From Vitrella brassicaformis CCMP3155 (Eukaryota; Protista; Chromerida), in assembly GCA_001179505.1 (NCBI GenBank), contig CDMY01000376.1:1-64000 (forward strand): 64,000 bases of DNA. The letters are read 5' to 3'. Position numbers and translations under genes: made by a program. Every line of letters begins with the position of its first letter. Within the stretch, counting starts at the first letter, position 1. Under the pieces are notes generated by a model, which was not told the origin of the DNA, did not search any database, and saw only the letters and a list, made by a program, of their open reading frames with translations. Shown here piece by piece: positions 22,810 to 35,723 of the stretch.

Positions 22810-25800
22810 TCACCAGTCATCCTCAGACTCGCTGGATGAGGAACCGGCCACAGATGAGTTAGCGGGGCTGCCAAAGTGGGGGCTGCTGCTGTCGCGGCGA
22901 ATCACCGTCACTGCCTGAGGCGGCCTGTCCGCATCCCCGTCCTCTCCTGCTGCTGCTGCGTCAGGGCCGCCGCTCGGTGCTTGGTCAGCATCGCCAGCCC
23001 CACCACCCGACGCACTGCCAGATGTACCGCCCTCGCCCTCTTGCATCGTGCCGGGCCGCTCTCCTGCTCGTGTCTCCACATTGGTTTGCCCATCTCGCCC
23101 ATCCCCCGTCCCCTCAGCGCCTCGGGAATAAGTGGTGCTGGACAGAGGCGGCGCGTAAGGTCGCTCCGACATGGAACCCCTCTCATCATCAGGTGAAGTG
23201 GGCGGTTCAGGGTTTCTGTTGCGGGAGCTGCGCGCTGGAGACATCGGCCTCGGGCTGTACGAGCCACGCAGAGAGGGTGGTGGATACGGAAGATTGCAAG
23301 GCTCAATGCGAGCTGCCTGCACTCTCCGCATGTCAAGCCGTGGGACTGGGGGACGGTATGGCTGCCTCACGGTTGGCGCGGGTCGAGCAGTAGGGGTCAA
23401 CTGTCGACGCATCTGAGCGACTTCGCGCCTCATGCTGGCAGGGACACGAACAGCAGTATCAGCATGAGAAGGTCCTGGCGCGAATTGGGGTCGGCCAGGG
23501 ATGGGCGGTGGGGGCGTCGAAATACGTGGACCACTTGTACTGGGAAGTGGTGCTGGTCGTGGTCGTGGAGACACGCTGCGAGAACGATCACGCGAGGGAG
23601 AGACGAGCTGGGGAGGGGGCGGGTCGTCTGTGGTGCCTTCCCTCCGGTCTCGGGCGACCTGTCGCCGCTGAACCTGCTCTTGGCGGTACTGGCGGGCGTC
23701 CTGGACAATTTGGTGCCGACAGTGCTCCCACCGCTGTCGGAGTGCGGCAAGACGGCGCTGAAGGGCCGGCGTGTCAAGGCCGTCGATCTCCCTCATGATC
23801 TGGTGAAGCTCGCCAAGGAGCTGGACAGATGGACAAGCAGAAAAGCCATACACGCATACACACATATGTGTGAGTGCAACGACGATGCTGTCTACATACT
23901 CACCTCTGGCGGCAGTGTGTATGATTGCTCAGACGATGCTGTCTCCCCGCTCACCTCGGGCGGCCTGTGTTGCCTGTTCTGTGCAGGTCGGCGAAAAGTC
24001 CTGGCCGGCCCCTCATTCGTCGACTGAGTAGTAGGAGACTCAGATGGACGGTCACCACGAGCGAAGTGGGGGTGCTGCATGCACGCATCCACACAACAAT
24101 GGAGGCAGGGGACACATCAGAAACGTCCAAGTGTCCCCCTGAGCACCCTGAGCACATCGAGGTTAGCTACCGCCATGAGAAACCCGTTTCGCCAGCTTTC
24201 CCACATTGCTCCGTGGCCAGGAGGGGGCACACCACGCTGCTGCTGCTGTGGCTGCGGTGGGTGGAAGTCGGAAAGTGTCTGGTTGCAAAGCGGACAGCGA
24301 GCTGTTGCCTTCAACCAATCATCAATGCAGTACACTGACGAACGAAAGGAGAAAACAAGGAGAGAGACCACATCACATGTGGGTACCGTGCAGCAAGGCA
24401 GGCAGTCTTCCCGTACGTGTCATTTGCTTACCGTGATAATATTTCCGACAACAGAGGAGGCGCCGTACGATCGATCCAATGTGAAACCCTTGCTGACATA
24501 TCACACACAGCTGCACACCCACACACACAGTAAGACACATACAGACCTCCTCTTGAGCTCATGTATGTATTCATTCACCACTTACATCATCCTGCCCGCC
24601 CTTGCCCTTGAGTATGGCTCCATCATCGTTGGCAGCGGATGACGACGCCGAAGATGACGGCTGGGGGCCGGCCGCATCCTCTCGGGGACTGTACAGGGCC
24701 GTTGGGTGCTTTTCCTTGGGATACTTTTTCTTCTCCTTGTCTTTCTCCTTCTCCTTCTCCTTGTTTTTCTTCTTGTCGTCCACCAGTCGCGTGTCCCTCT
24801 CCTCACAGATGTCGCCCTCACCACGATACAGCCCCAGACGCGACACACGCAGCAGACAGCTGATGCACAATACACACAGAGCAAGAGGGGGAATGGTGTT
24901 TGTATTGGTTACGACTTCCTTCCTCTGCCGCCTTTGCCTACTCGAGTGTCATAGGTGGGGCTGGATCGAATGGTGCGCCCCTTCCCCTTCCTCCTGTGCG
25001 GATGCCGACACCTGATTCGATCATCGCGCCATTCTCACGGCCACGACCCCTCTCAACACGACCAGGGAACGGCAGGCCGGTTCGTTGACCAAAGTGGGGC
25101 GGGACAGGCTGGGAGGGAACATTGGCACGAGATACCACGAGAGAGGGCCGTGGGGCCTGCGGTGGGGGAGGCGGCGGATGGGTAGGGGGAGGCGGACGGT
25201 TGGGCATGTTGGGCATGTTCATCTGCTGCCCATGATAAGTCCCCCTGCCTGCAGCTCTTCCCCTGCCCGCCCCACCCTGCCGCTGCCCCTGCACATCCTC
25301 TATGTCTTCCCTCAGCATCCGGCGCATGAGGGCCACACTCGCCCTGTCGACACCACCAAGCCTCTCCAGGTCGGCCAGCCCGGAAGCCTGCCGCTCCTGC
25401 AGATTGGACGGCTCGTCATCGGCACCAGATGGTCCAGGACGCGGATTGAGCCACCCCTCACCATCACCATCACCATCGTCAATGGGGTACGCGAAATCGT
25501 TCGGCCCTTGGCCGAAAGATTCGCCTCGTGCAGACAGCGGCCTCTGGGCTCTCTCAGCATCAGAAGCCACAGAACGGGGAGTCCCCCAGTCGGGTGTGTT
25601 GGACTGCTCAGGCTCTCGCACCACCCGGAACCGGCGAGGCACCTGGGGCTCCTGGGCTCCTGATTCGTTGCCATCGTTGTTTCTTGCTGGCCGTGAGAGG
25701 AACGCCACCCGTGGCACATTGTTGGCCCGGTCTGCTGATGTGCGGGGGTCGAACAGGGCGGCGCTTTCGAGCGGTCGCGTGTTGGGGCCTTCGATGACGG

Positions 25801-26353
25801 CGGCAGATGAGCTGGCAGCAGAAGACACAGAGTATTGCTCAGGGAGAATGCTGCCAGATGAGTCCTCCCCTGCTGGGCTGGCGAGAGGGTTGCGAAGGAT
25901 GGAGCGGAGGGGCCGCTCCTCCCCTCTCCCGCCGCGCCCTGCCATTCTGTTGTTGCGGTCGTCATCGTCTGCTGGCCGTGGCTCTGCCAGGTGCAGCCGA
26001 GCCCCTTCTGCACTGCGGCCTCTGCCTGCCGGGGGCCTGCGCTGCTGCTGCTGCTGCTGCTGCGATGATTGCTGTGGAGGCTTGACACGGTCAGGCGCCA
26101 GGCCAGTGCGGAGGTACCGTGAGGGGGCCGGTGTCTTAGCTGAAGGGTCGGTTCTTCGTTGCTGCGGTGGTTCAACATCCATAAGAGAGTGCGAGGGCGT
26201 TGCGAGGCGGTCTCGCGGCGTCATGGGCTCAGGGCAAGGCTCTGGGCGGGAAGGGGCAGCCGACTGGGCACGGGAAGAAGGATCTTGAGTAGGTCGTTGA
26301 GTAGAAGAGTGGCCATCCATCCGGTGCAGCGCCCTTAGCGCCGGGCCCCTCAT
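22810..26353 (-). CDS. RING finger protein (putative E3 ubiquitin ligase), paralog A; multi-exon
   Basis: Spliced RING: CVICQQGFHIGSIVRRLLCCRKYYH|VYCIDDWLKATARCPLCNQTL, flanked by long P/R/G-rich exons (ORFs 24938-26353 and 22810-23865). Confidence 0.8.
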
Positions 26354-26552
26354 TTTTGCAATTGCGATACGGGATGGATGACAAGGGCTAACTTCGTCGT
26401 CTACATGAGTGACAGTTCAAGACGCCCTGGCCTAAGCAGAGCACAAGACAACCACCGGCGGCAACTCCGGCCTCAGAAGACGCCCCCATCCCATCGCCCC
26501 CATCGCGGATGGATCGACGCCGGCTGTTCTTCAGGTTTTTTCTTTTTCCTTG

Positions 26553-28692
26553 ATGTCCTACCGGCCTCCCACTCCCCACCCCAACGCCCACTGGGCCATG
26601 ACGGCCACCGAAGATGACGCCTTGGACCTCCCCTACAGCACAGATGAACAAGGCTCCAACGCCGCCAATCCGCTGACAGGAGGGCTGACGACGGACATTT
26701 CTGCTGGCCCAGAGGCCCCTCGACAGCCCGATCATCGCACGGCCCGGCTCAGTCGGTCCCCAGCGGTGAGCCCGGTGAGCTACGGTGACCGTGGTCAGAT
26801 AGCTGGGTTGGAACGTGCAGCGAGGGAGGGCTCCATCGACGAGGCGAGTCTGAGGGCCATACGGGAGATCATCGGAGATCAGGAGACGGAGCAGCAAGAG
26901 TGGAGGTCTCCGTCTCCCTTCGATGGCCGCGGACGTGGAGGTGGAGGTGGAGGTGTGGGTGAGGGGTCGAACGACGGCGGGCGGGCGGGGGGGAGACAGC
27001 GGGGGCGGTTGGAGCGGGCGCGCCATCGGCTGCACATACGGGCACCGGCATTTCTGGAACCTATCTTTCTCGACGGGACCGATGGCAGCGACCCGATTTC
27101 TTTGGCGTGAGCTGACAACAGACAGACAGAGAGTGGAGGAAGGAGGAGACATGTGTGTGTGTGGGGGATGGATCTGTGCATGTTGCTCGCCTCGCTGCAC
27201 GCAGGAGTTTGCGGTGTGTGTCGTCGCTGGGTGTGTATCGTGGCGAGGGCGATATAAGTCAGGAGGGCTCTGTTGAGGCTCCAAGCACGGAGAGCAAGGC
27301 TAAGGCGGGCAACAGTGAGGAGAAGCACTCTTCTTCATCGTCATCATCGTCATCGTCGTCGTCTTCATCTGCACCCGCCGCTGCTACTGCCGAGCACGAG
27401 CACGGCGGCAGGAACAGCACCAACACAGATAAAGTCAAGGAGCTTCAGGGAGACGTGAGCGAGCCGCACATATGAGCACATGTACAGGAGCATTCATGGT
27501 TGACGTTGGTGTGCAGTATTGCGTGATATGCTATGAGCGTTTTCGCGTCGGTGACTGGGTGCGCAAGCTCATCTGCTGTCAGAAATATTTCCACGGTGCC
27601 AGAAGTTGAAGGCCAAAACAGAGAGGAACATTCATTTTGTGTGTGTGCTCATGTCTCCTCCTTGTCCTTGTCCTTGTCTGTGTGTCAGTGTCGTGCATCG
27701 AACGGTGGCTGGAAGATCACAGGCGTTGCCCCTTGTGTAACAGAGATCTAGAGGCCATGGGGCGGGACCTCTCCGGAAGGAGCCAGGCCACTAACACCCG
27801 ACCGGTCAGTCATCCGTTGTGGTCAAGAGACGCCCGGACAATGCCAGCCATATTCCCTCCCTGTCATTCCTTTCAGAATGCCTCGCTGCTGCGGTTCATC
27901 TTGCAGAATTTACTTGCGCCTCCCGATGGGGTGCCTTCCGCTGACGGCACGCTGACCATCCATCTGGCGCCGGCTGCCCACGGCAACATCAACATCGGTC
28001 CGCCATCGCAAGAGGCCCACCGGGTGCCACCCCCGCCACCCCCGCCACCCCCGCCACCCCCGCCCCACCCCCACTTCCCTCCGAGGAATCCGCCGCCTGG
28101 TCGTGTGTGGAGGGCCGGTGAGAACGGCGAGGTGATCGACGTGCCGCGACAGGTGTCCCCGCCTGTGCAACGTATCCCGTGTAGTCGTCGGCCGGTGATG
28201 AATCAGCATCGGCCGGTGTCTCCCGGGGCGAGCTGGCAGGACAATGTGAGGCCACTAGTTGACGAGGTGCTGCCAGGGGCGGTGCCGGTGGCGATGCTGG
28301 AGCTGCCGCCCCGGGTGGAGGAGATGCCGCCGGTTTTTGTGCAACATCCCCCCTTCGTCCTGCCCCCCCGATTTGAGGTCGAACGAGCTCAACAAATTAT
28401 GGTCGTCAACCCCCCTCGGCCCCTTCCTCCCCCCCGCATCGTCGCACCTGTACTTGCCCGCCCGCCGCCACCCATTTCCCCTCTGCCCCATGCTCAGCGG
28501 AATCCCCACGACCCTCAGGGCCAAGGGTATCCCTTCCCATCTCCTCAAGGGCATCCCTTCCGACCTCCTGTGTATCGCCATCCCCACCCGCGCATGCCCA
28601 ACGTCAACATACCCCGCCCGCGGCTGTGGGGGCCGCGACTTACATTCCAGGCGATAGACAAAGTGCAGCAGGGCAAAAATGGAGACAAGTGA
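26553..28692 (+). CDS. RING finger protein (putative E3 ubiquitin ligase), paralog B; multi-exon
   Basis: Spliced RING: YCVICYERFRVGDWVRKLICCQKYFH|VSCIERWLEDHRRCPLCNRDL, followed by a Pro-rich C-terminal exon ending at 28692. Confidence 0.8.
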
Positions 28693-29044
28693 ATAAAGGA
28701 CAGCCATGTGTGTCAGACACATTGTGTGTGTAGTGTGGTCGAGATGGGACGGCCAGGGGGGTGGAGTGGGAGAAAGGGGGTGTGAAGGGAAGGGAGAGAC
28801 AGCGGATGGGTTCGTAACACGATGATATATGGGTGGGTGGATGGATGGATGGAATGACACTGGCTGCGATGAACGGAGGGAGTGTCACATGGATGGATGG
28901 ATGGACGGATGGACGGACAGACGGGGAAACCGTATCAGCGATTTTGATAAAAGCGACTGTCGCACGGAGTGAGAACTGACGTCCCTCCCCATACAGTACA
29001 CGGACAGACACACACACATACAGTACGCCACCCATCCCATCCCA

Positions 29045-30624
29045 TCAAGAAGAAGGCACGACGACCCACCAGGAGGGGTTCTGTGTGGGGTACGGTGTGT
29101 CCGTCCTCTCATTACACAGGTCATGCTCATATCGGTCCTCCCGCACATAGCGCACCGTCACCCGCCGCTGCCCAAAGAACTCCAAAACCGCCTTGGCACA
29201 CCCACTGTGGTCGGGACGGTCCCGGCCAGGGATGTGAATCTTTTTCCGACTGATGTCGATGCTCGCGTGGTCAAACTTGCCGCACCATGGCACCTGCAGA
29301 GATCCATATACACGAGACATGAGACGGCTTTCGTTCGTGTGTGGAAGAGGCTCACCTTGACTGTTCTGTGTCCGATTTTGATGGTTTGCATTCTGCGTGA
29401 GGCACAGAAGTCGTGGCCGGCCATGATGGCCCCCGGCTTCATCTTCTGGTGATGAGATGACAGACATGACAAACAGACGGATACGACAAATGGATGGAGA
29501 GACACATCACACACGGGCGGGGCGAGTGGCAGGAGAGACGCGCGTCTGGATGTGTGACATTATGCGTGTATACCGGATAGTATGCGGCGAGGTCTCTTTG
29601 GACCATTGCGTAGCGATGGCTGGCATCGATGTACCTGAAGGCGAAGAAAACTGCGCATAAAGTGGGACCAAGATCAAGACTGACTGACAAGAAATCGAAG
29701 AACTGGTCGGGGAACCGATTCACCACATCTGTGCTCTTGCCCTGATGGCCACACACACACACACATATATCCACACACACGACAGGAAAGCAATCGGTGC
29801 GGTGCTGTGGTGCCCTTTATTCACCTTGTGGAAGTGTAGGGTGAAGTTCCGCTCGTCTTTGATGAGGTCCAGGCGCGCCTTGGCGTTCCGCCGCATGTGA
29901 ATGTCGATCAGGTGGAACCCACGCGGCGCCCATACGTGGACCAGCCGGTCAGAGTACTCGGCGTCCCACATACCTGCACACGCACACAAAAGGACAGAAG
30001 GACAGACAGACAGACAGATGGATGGATGGATGGAATATAATGGTGCCGGCCTGGCTCACCGATTTCTCCCCCGTTGCCCTTGCCATACATGCCGAGGAAG
30101 TTCATGAGCATCGGAAAGGCCTCCCGCGATGCGGCCACCCTCAGGTACTCACGGATCAGCACCTCCTTGATCGAGCTGCTCAACTCCCACGGCGGGGAGG
30201 ACGAGGACGGGCGGACAGCGTGAAACAGCAAAGTCACTGGGGCGTTGCGGTGTGTCGGGGATGAAGAACCGTTGGGCAGCAGGGTCTCTGCCAGCGCCTC
30301 CACAGCTCCGCGTTTGTGCGGTGGATCCCAGCAGAGGGACCCTTGCAGTGCAGAAAGGCCTCGGATGCTGCTGCTGATGGATGGCTGCATTGCAAATTCC
30401 TCACTGTCGTAGGCTTCTCTATCTGTTGTGTGGCTGGCGGCATCTGCGGTATCTGCGGCAGCGCTGGCCCTCTCCATCTGCTGCTGCCGCTGCTGCTGCT
30501 GCTGCGTTAATGTCATGGTTGGGTAGGCTCCCCTCCTCCAGAGGATGGTCAGTGCGACCAAGCAAAGGAAGGCGCCGACGAGCACCCGGGCGCTGACGGA
30601 AGTCTTCGTGCGATGACGCACCAT
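29045..30624 (-). CDS. Class I SAM-dependent methyltransferase (Methyltransf_24-like) with N-terminal signal anchor; multi-exon
   Basis: N-terminal hydrophobic segment RVLVGAFLCLVALTILWRR; motif I GNGGEIGVCAGMWDAEYS; GKSTDVVNRFPDQFFDFLYIDASHRYAMVQRDLAAYYPKMKPGAIMAGHDF, the typical YIDxxHxY...DL..(W/Y)..++KPGG++.GHD pattern. Confidence 0.82.
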
Positions 30625-30694
30625 TGTCTCTTGGCCGCGGCGAGGAAGATCGCTGGGTTCCTAGCGCGCAGACGATCCCTCTCCTTGTGGCCAG

Positions 30695-31172
30695 ATGAGT
30701 GACAGCAAGAGTGATGCCGATGCTGCACTCGAGGGGAAATTGAACGACGAAGAGGGCAAGTTGGAGTTCAGCGGCAAGGGCATCCGTCTGGGTAGCAGCA
30801 GAGAATCATTGTACCGGCGGTGGCTGCTCTCCAATCCCCATTCCGTCCTCTATCGCGTGCCCACCGAGCTGGAGGCCTACGTATCTGACTTCCCTCTCTA
30901 CCAGCCGGCAAGCGAGTCGCCCTTCCATATCGGCACCGGTCCCTCCCCTTCCTTGCTGCGCGAGAGGAGGATACGCAAGCTGGATAACCGGACTCGCACA
31001 CACACACACACCAAGGGCGGTGGCACGACAGCCGAGAAGCATGGCAATGTGCATCAGCAGGTAGGTACACGGAGGGAAAGATCTGGTGGTCGCGACTGAC
31101 TGACAGACTCACTGAGTGTGTGTGTGTGTCGTGCAGGTGCATGAAAGGCGGCGATCTGGGACAGCGAGGTAA
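30695..31172 (+). CDS. Small hypothetical protein (~135 aa or longer); 3' end uncertain
   Basis: ORF MSDSKSDADAALEGK... with a GT-AG intron after ...HQQ leading to VHERRRSGTAR*. No family recognised. Confidence 0.45.
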
Positions 31173-31668
31173 CACTCATTGTCTGTCTGCGCATTCTTTG
31201 CTTGAGAGGGCCGGCTCGGCTGATGGTGAATGAACTGAGGGGGCAGGGAGAGTCGCGTCGACGGATCGATGGATTTTTCGTGACGGGGTGGTGACTGCTC
31301 AACCCAACGCGTGTCGTGTACATTGCTGGCCATATGGGATGTATAGTGAGTGGTATACAGACAGCTAGATACAGACAGACAGACAGATGGATGGATGGAT
31401 GGACAGATGATCAAAGGCTGGACTGGACGGTTACTGATTCTGATCTGATGACATACATACATGTTTCTGTGTGACCGACCGACCGACCGACCGACATGTG
31501 TGGTGTGATAGACAGCTCAGATCAGATGTACGCTACGCTTGTTGCGGTGCATTCATTCATCATCCATCATGATCGCGGGTAAACGAAGGTGCCGCCAATC
31601 AATCGAGTCGTCACGACGTGTTCTCTGCTATATATTGCACTCACTGGTCCGCTTGTCTGGTGTGCACA

Positions 31669-34600
31669 TCAGACGTCACGTCTGCCATTGGCCTTGGCCG
31701 GCACATCCTGAACACACCAGTCAGTCACAAGCCCAGCACACATGCACACACATCCATCACACACATCAATCACATCATATGAATCGCATTGCCGAAAACC
31801 GGCGATACAGACAGGTTTGTTGTGCATTCTTTGGTCAGTACGTACAAGTGCGTTTGCTGGTCTCCGCGCCGGGTGTGTCGGCGGTGTCCCCTCCTTGACC
31901 TCGCCCTCCTCCATCTCGTCGCTCATCCGATGTGCAGCCCGGACAGCCTCGCTGCGGCCGAGCGGCTCGCGTTGCCTGTGCGGCGACAGCAAGGTTGGGA
32001 GCAATAGTGATTCAACCTGATTCAACCCAGTGTCGGTTCGCCTGCCAGTGCGTGTCCTTGTCTGGGTTTGTCCATCTTCCCGTGGGTGGTCATGGTACCT
32101 GTCCCGTCTCCTTCGCTTGTCTGCCCTCCTCTCCCTGTCGTCTTCCCTGTCGTTTTCCCTCCGCCACCTCGACCGCTGATGATGCCGCTCACTATCATGA
32201 CCTCCATCATCCTCCTCGCGCCGAGAACTGACACACACAAGAAAAGGCCTACGTTCGGAATGATATAAACCCATCCAGTTGTCCAACCGGCTCACTTGAC
32301 TCACCGCAGCCTGGACCGCGACCGTGAGCGTGAGGTGGACTCATCGGACCGCCGCCGCTTCTTCTTCTTGTTTCTCCTTTTGCGCCGGTGGCTGCGACTG
32401 TCGTCGGAGTCGCCAGCCCTCTGCTTATCATCATGGTCAGGCTCGTGTGTGGGTCTGGGTGAGTGGTGGTCACTGGGTGGCGGGGACGGCTCGGGCGGCG
32501 GGGCACTGGATGGTGATGCTGAGAGGGCGACATGGTACACACGGGGGGAGCTGGACAGCTGGAAGCAGCTCTGAAGAAAAGAATGGATGACAATGAAAAG
32601 CGGGCCGGGCATCCAAATTAGGGTGTGATTGATCATCGACTGTTGCGCGTGTGTTGGTACCATTTACCATTTGTGTGTCGAGCTTCCTCCTGGGGTCGCC
32701 TCCAGCCAAAAGGATGTCCTCTGCTGGGGTCGGCTTGGCAGCAATGTCATCACCCTATACAAGCATACAAGACACACACATACACACACTTCAAGGCCTC
32801 ACCTTTGATCGTCTTACCGACCTTATCTTCACCCTTTGTCTCGGCTGCCTTCTCATCTGCCTTTCGTTGCTCTGGAGCTGCCCCACCAGCTGCCCCACCA
32901 GCTGCCCCACCAGCAGCACCCTTGACAAATGGGCAGCGAGTGAGAGGGATGATTCTGGTCTGGCCGCCGATCGGGTAGATGAACCAACCCTTTGAGGTGT
33001 GCACCACACAGACGTGCTCCGAATACACTGTGCTCTGCACACACACCACAGGCAGGGGACAATGAGGGCCTGTGTGGGTGCGTAGGGCTGGCCGGTCAGG
33101 TCAGCTGCTGCAGGTGTGTGTGGAGGAAATGGTTGCCAGCCTTCTTTCCTTTGTTTGTTTACTATGTATTGTATGACATACATGAGTGTCGACAATGTGT
33201 GCTTGCATGTTACTCGAACCAATGAAGGTGCAGGGGCGATCCAAAGGCACACACAACACCTCCTGCACACACACACACATGCACACAAACCTGTGTATGT
33301 CCTCTGTGTGTCACATGTGGTTAGTGCCCACTCGCCTTGTTTCTGTGGAATGCGCGCAGTGTGGCCGCGTCGCTGGTGTCAGGACAAGTGGCGTGGGCTC
33401 TGTCCGGGAGGCGGTAGTGGGACTGGCGGGGCTCTACATGCAAAGCACACACACACACATGGATGGATGGATGGACGGATGGCTGCAACCCTCCCCCCGT
33501 CCCGTCCCTCCCCTCCCTCCCTCCCTCCCTCCGTGGTCCACACACCTTTGTGGTTGACAAAAGCGGTCGAGGTGTCCTCATCGTCACCATCATCCTGCAG
33601 CCAGCGAGTTGTACCACCACATGCAGGCAGACAACAGATGCATATAGGATCCACACACCACATCCAGACAGAACACCCCACCCCCACCATGGGCTGCTGC
33701 TGCTGCTCCTGCGCCTGCTGCTGTGTCACAGGGCTGGTCTCATCCTCATCGTCTGCATAGTCTTCCAGCCCAGCTATCACGGCTCTCCTCGGCTGCTGTG
33801 GCGCTTCCTTGCCATTGTGTGGCCTCTGTTCCTCCTGATGCTGATTCTGGGGGGGAGGGGAAGGCTCCCTGGATCGCTCGTGCAAACGGATCTCCAAAGA
33901 GCCCTGATGGGATGGGAATGGAATGGACACGCTGTGGGTGTGGTGTGGTGTGGTGTGGTGTTCTTGACTGAGTGACTGACCTGTCGTTTGGTGGTGGCCT
34001 GGAAGGCCATACGTCCTCTGCTCTCCGCCAGGGCCTCTCTCGCCACCTGACCAAAGGCCTCGTCTGTCACCGACAGCAGAAACTTCATGGCAGCCTGATT
34101 GACCAACACACCACACCATGGCAGACAGACAGAGGCACATGACATATCATTAGGATGCCTCTCGTCATTCCATTCCACCCACCATCTGATCTGTACTTAC
34201 GTTCTTGATCTGCAGGTCCAGCGGGAGTTGGCTTGGCGGGACCTCCTGTACTCCATCGTCAGCGGCCTCTGCCTTGTCGGCATCGATCACCACTGCGCCC
34301 GCCGCTGCAGCTGCAGATGCCGTGCTGGCGTTCTTGGGAGAAGTGGGAGGGGTCAGCAACGCACCCTTCTCGCCCTCCTCCTCACCGGCGTCATCATCCT
34401 TCCTCTAGTACCCCAGACACATACGCAGAGAGAGAGGGAGATCCAGTCCACCGACGCTCGTGTCTATCGATCACGTCTATCATGATGTGCCAGCCAAGCC
34501 CACCTTACTTACCTTGTGTTCCTCTTTCTTCTTGTCAATGTCCCTCAGGCCATCCCGCAGCCACTGAGGCAACACCCTCCCACCGCCACCGCCGCCGCCG

Positions 34601-35692
34601 CCGCCAGCAGGGGGATGATGGACCATCTGCACACCACCACCAGGAGGACTAACATCCCCAAAAGCCCCCACGTCACCACCAGCCATGGCCATCTGCTGCT
34701 GCATGATGGCCGCCAGCTGGGGGTGCATCTGCATCTGCATGGGCCCACCACAGGCAGCTGCCTGTGCCTGTGGTGGGGCTGGTGGGGGAGGGGGAGGGGG
34801 AGGGGGCGGCTGGAAGCGGGTCACCGGTTGCATCCCGGCAAGTGCCGCGTTTGCTGGGCTGCCGGCCTGTATTGCGTGTGGTGTGGTCATCCCTGGTGGA
34901 GTGGTTGGAGGGGGTGGGGGAGGGGGAAAGCCATGCACAGCCACAGCACCAGGAGCAGCACCGAATTGGGGCATCTGCAGACCCACCGGTGCAACACCAA
35001 ACGCCTCTGGAGACAGACAGACGGACAGACGGACAGACGGACAGACGGACAGACGGACAGACGGACGGACGGACGGAAGGACAGGCAGACAGCCATCCAA
35101 CACACGGTGTGTGTGTGTGTGTTGGTTACGAGGTGGTGGTGGTGGCGGTGGCGGTGGTGAGAGATGAGGCACACCCACATGAGGCATCTGGTGAAGCATC
35201 GCTGAAGGCGGCAGACCCCCGCCGAGAGGCGAGCCAGCCTGAATGGATGAATAAACACACAAAGGGACAGTCCTCAGTGCGATGCGAGCCACACTGCTGG
35301 CATTTTGGATTGGTATGACGTCGTGCCCCACCTACCTGCATCCACCGGTCTTGTGGCATCGGGACCGGCACCATCAGAGGGGCGGCGGGAGGCGTCAACA
35401 CTGAATGAACAAACACACAGACAGAAAGGCAGACAGGCAGCCGATGGGAAGAACCGTTCGATTCATCTATGTCACTCTATACTCACTCACAGCCAGCCTG
35501 ACTGAGCACACAGTTCTGCCTGCACAGATCTATCTATGTCGGTTGGTTCACACCATCCCCACCTTGCATGTTGAGCATCATGGCCGCCGCCTCCTGCTGC
35601 GGGAGCACCGAGGCTGCCGGTCCCGCGGCGGCTTGAGCCTGACGCGGTTGCTGCGCCTGTCCCTGTGCCTGTGCCTGCTGCTGGTGTTGGTG

Positions 35693-35723
<31 letters not shown>

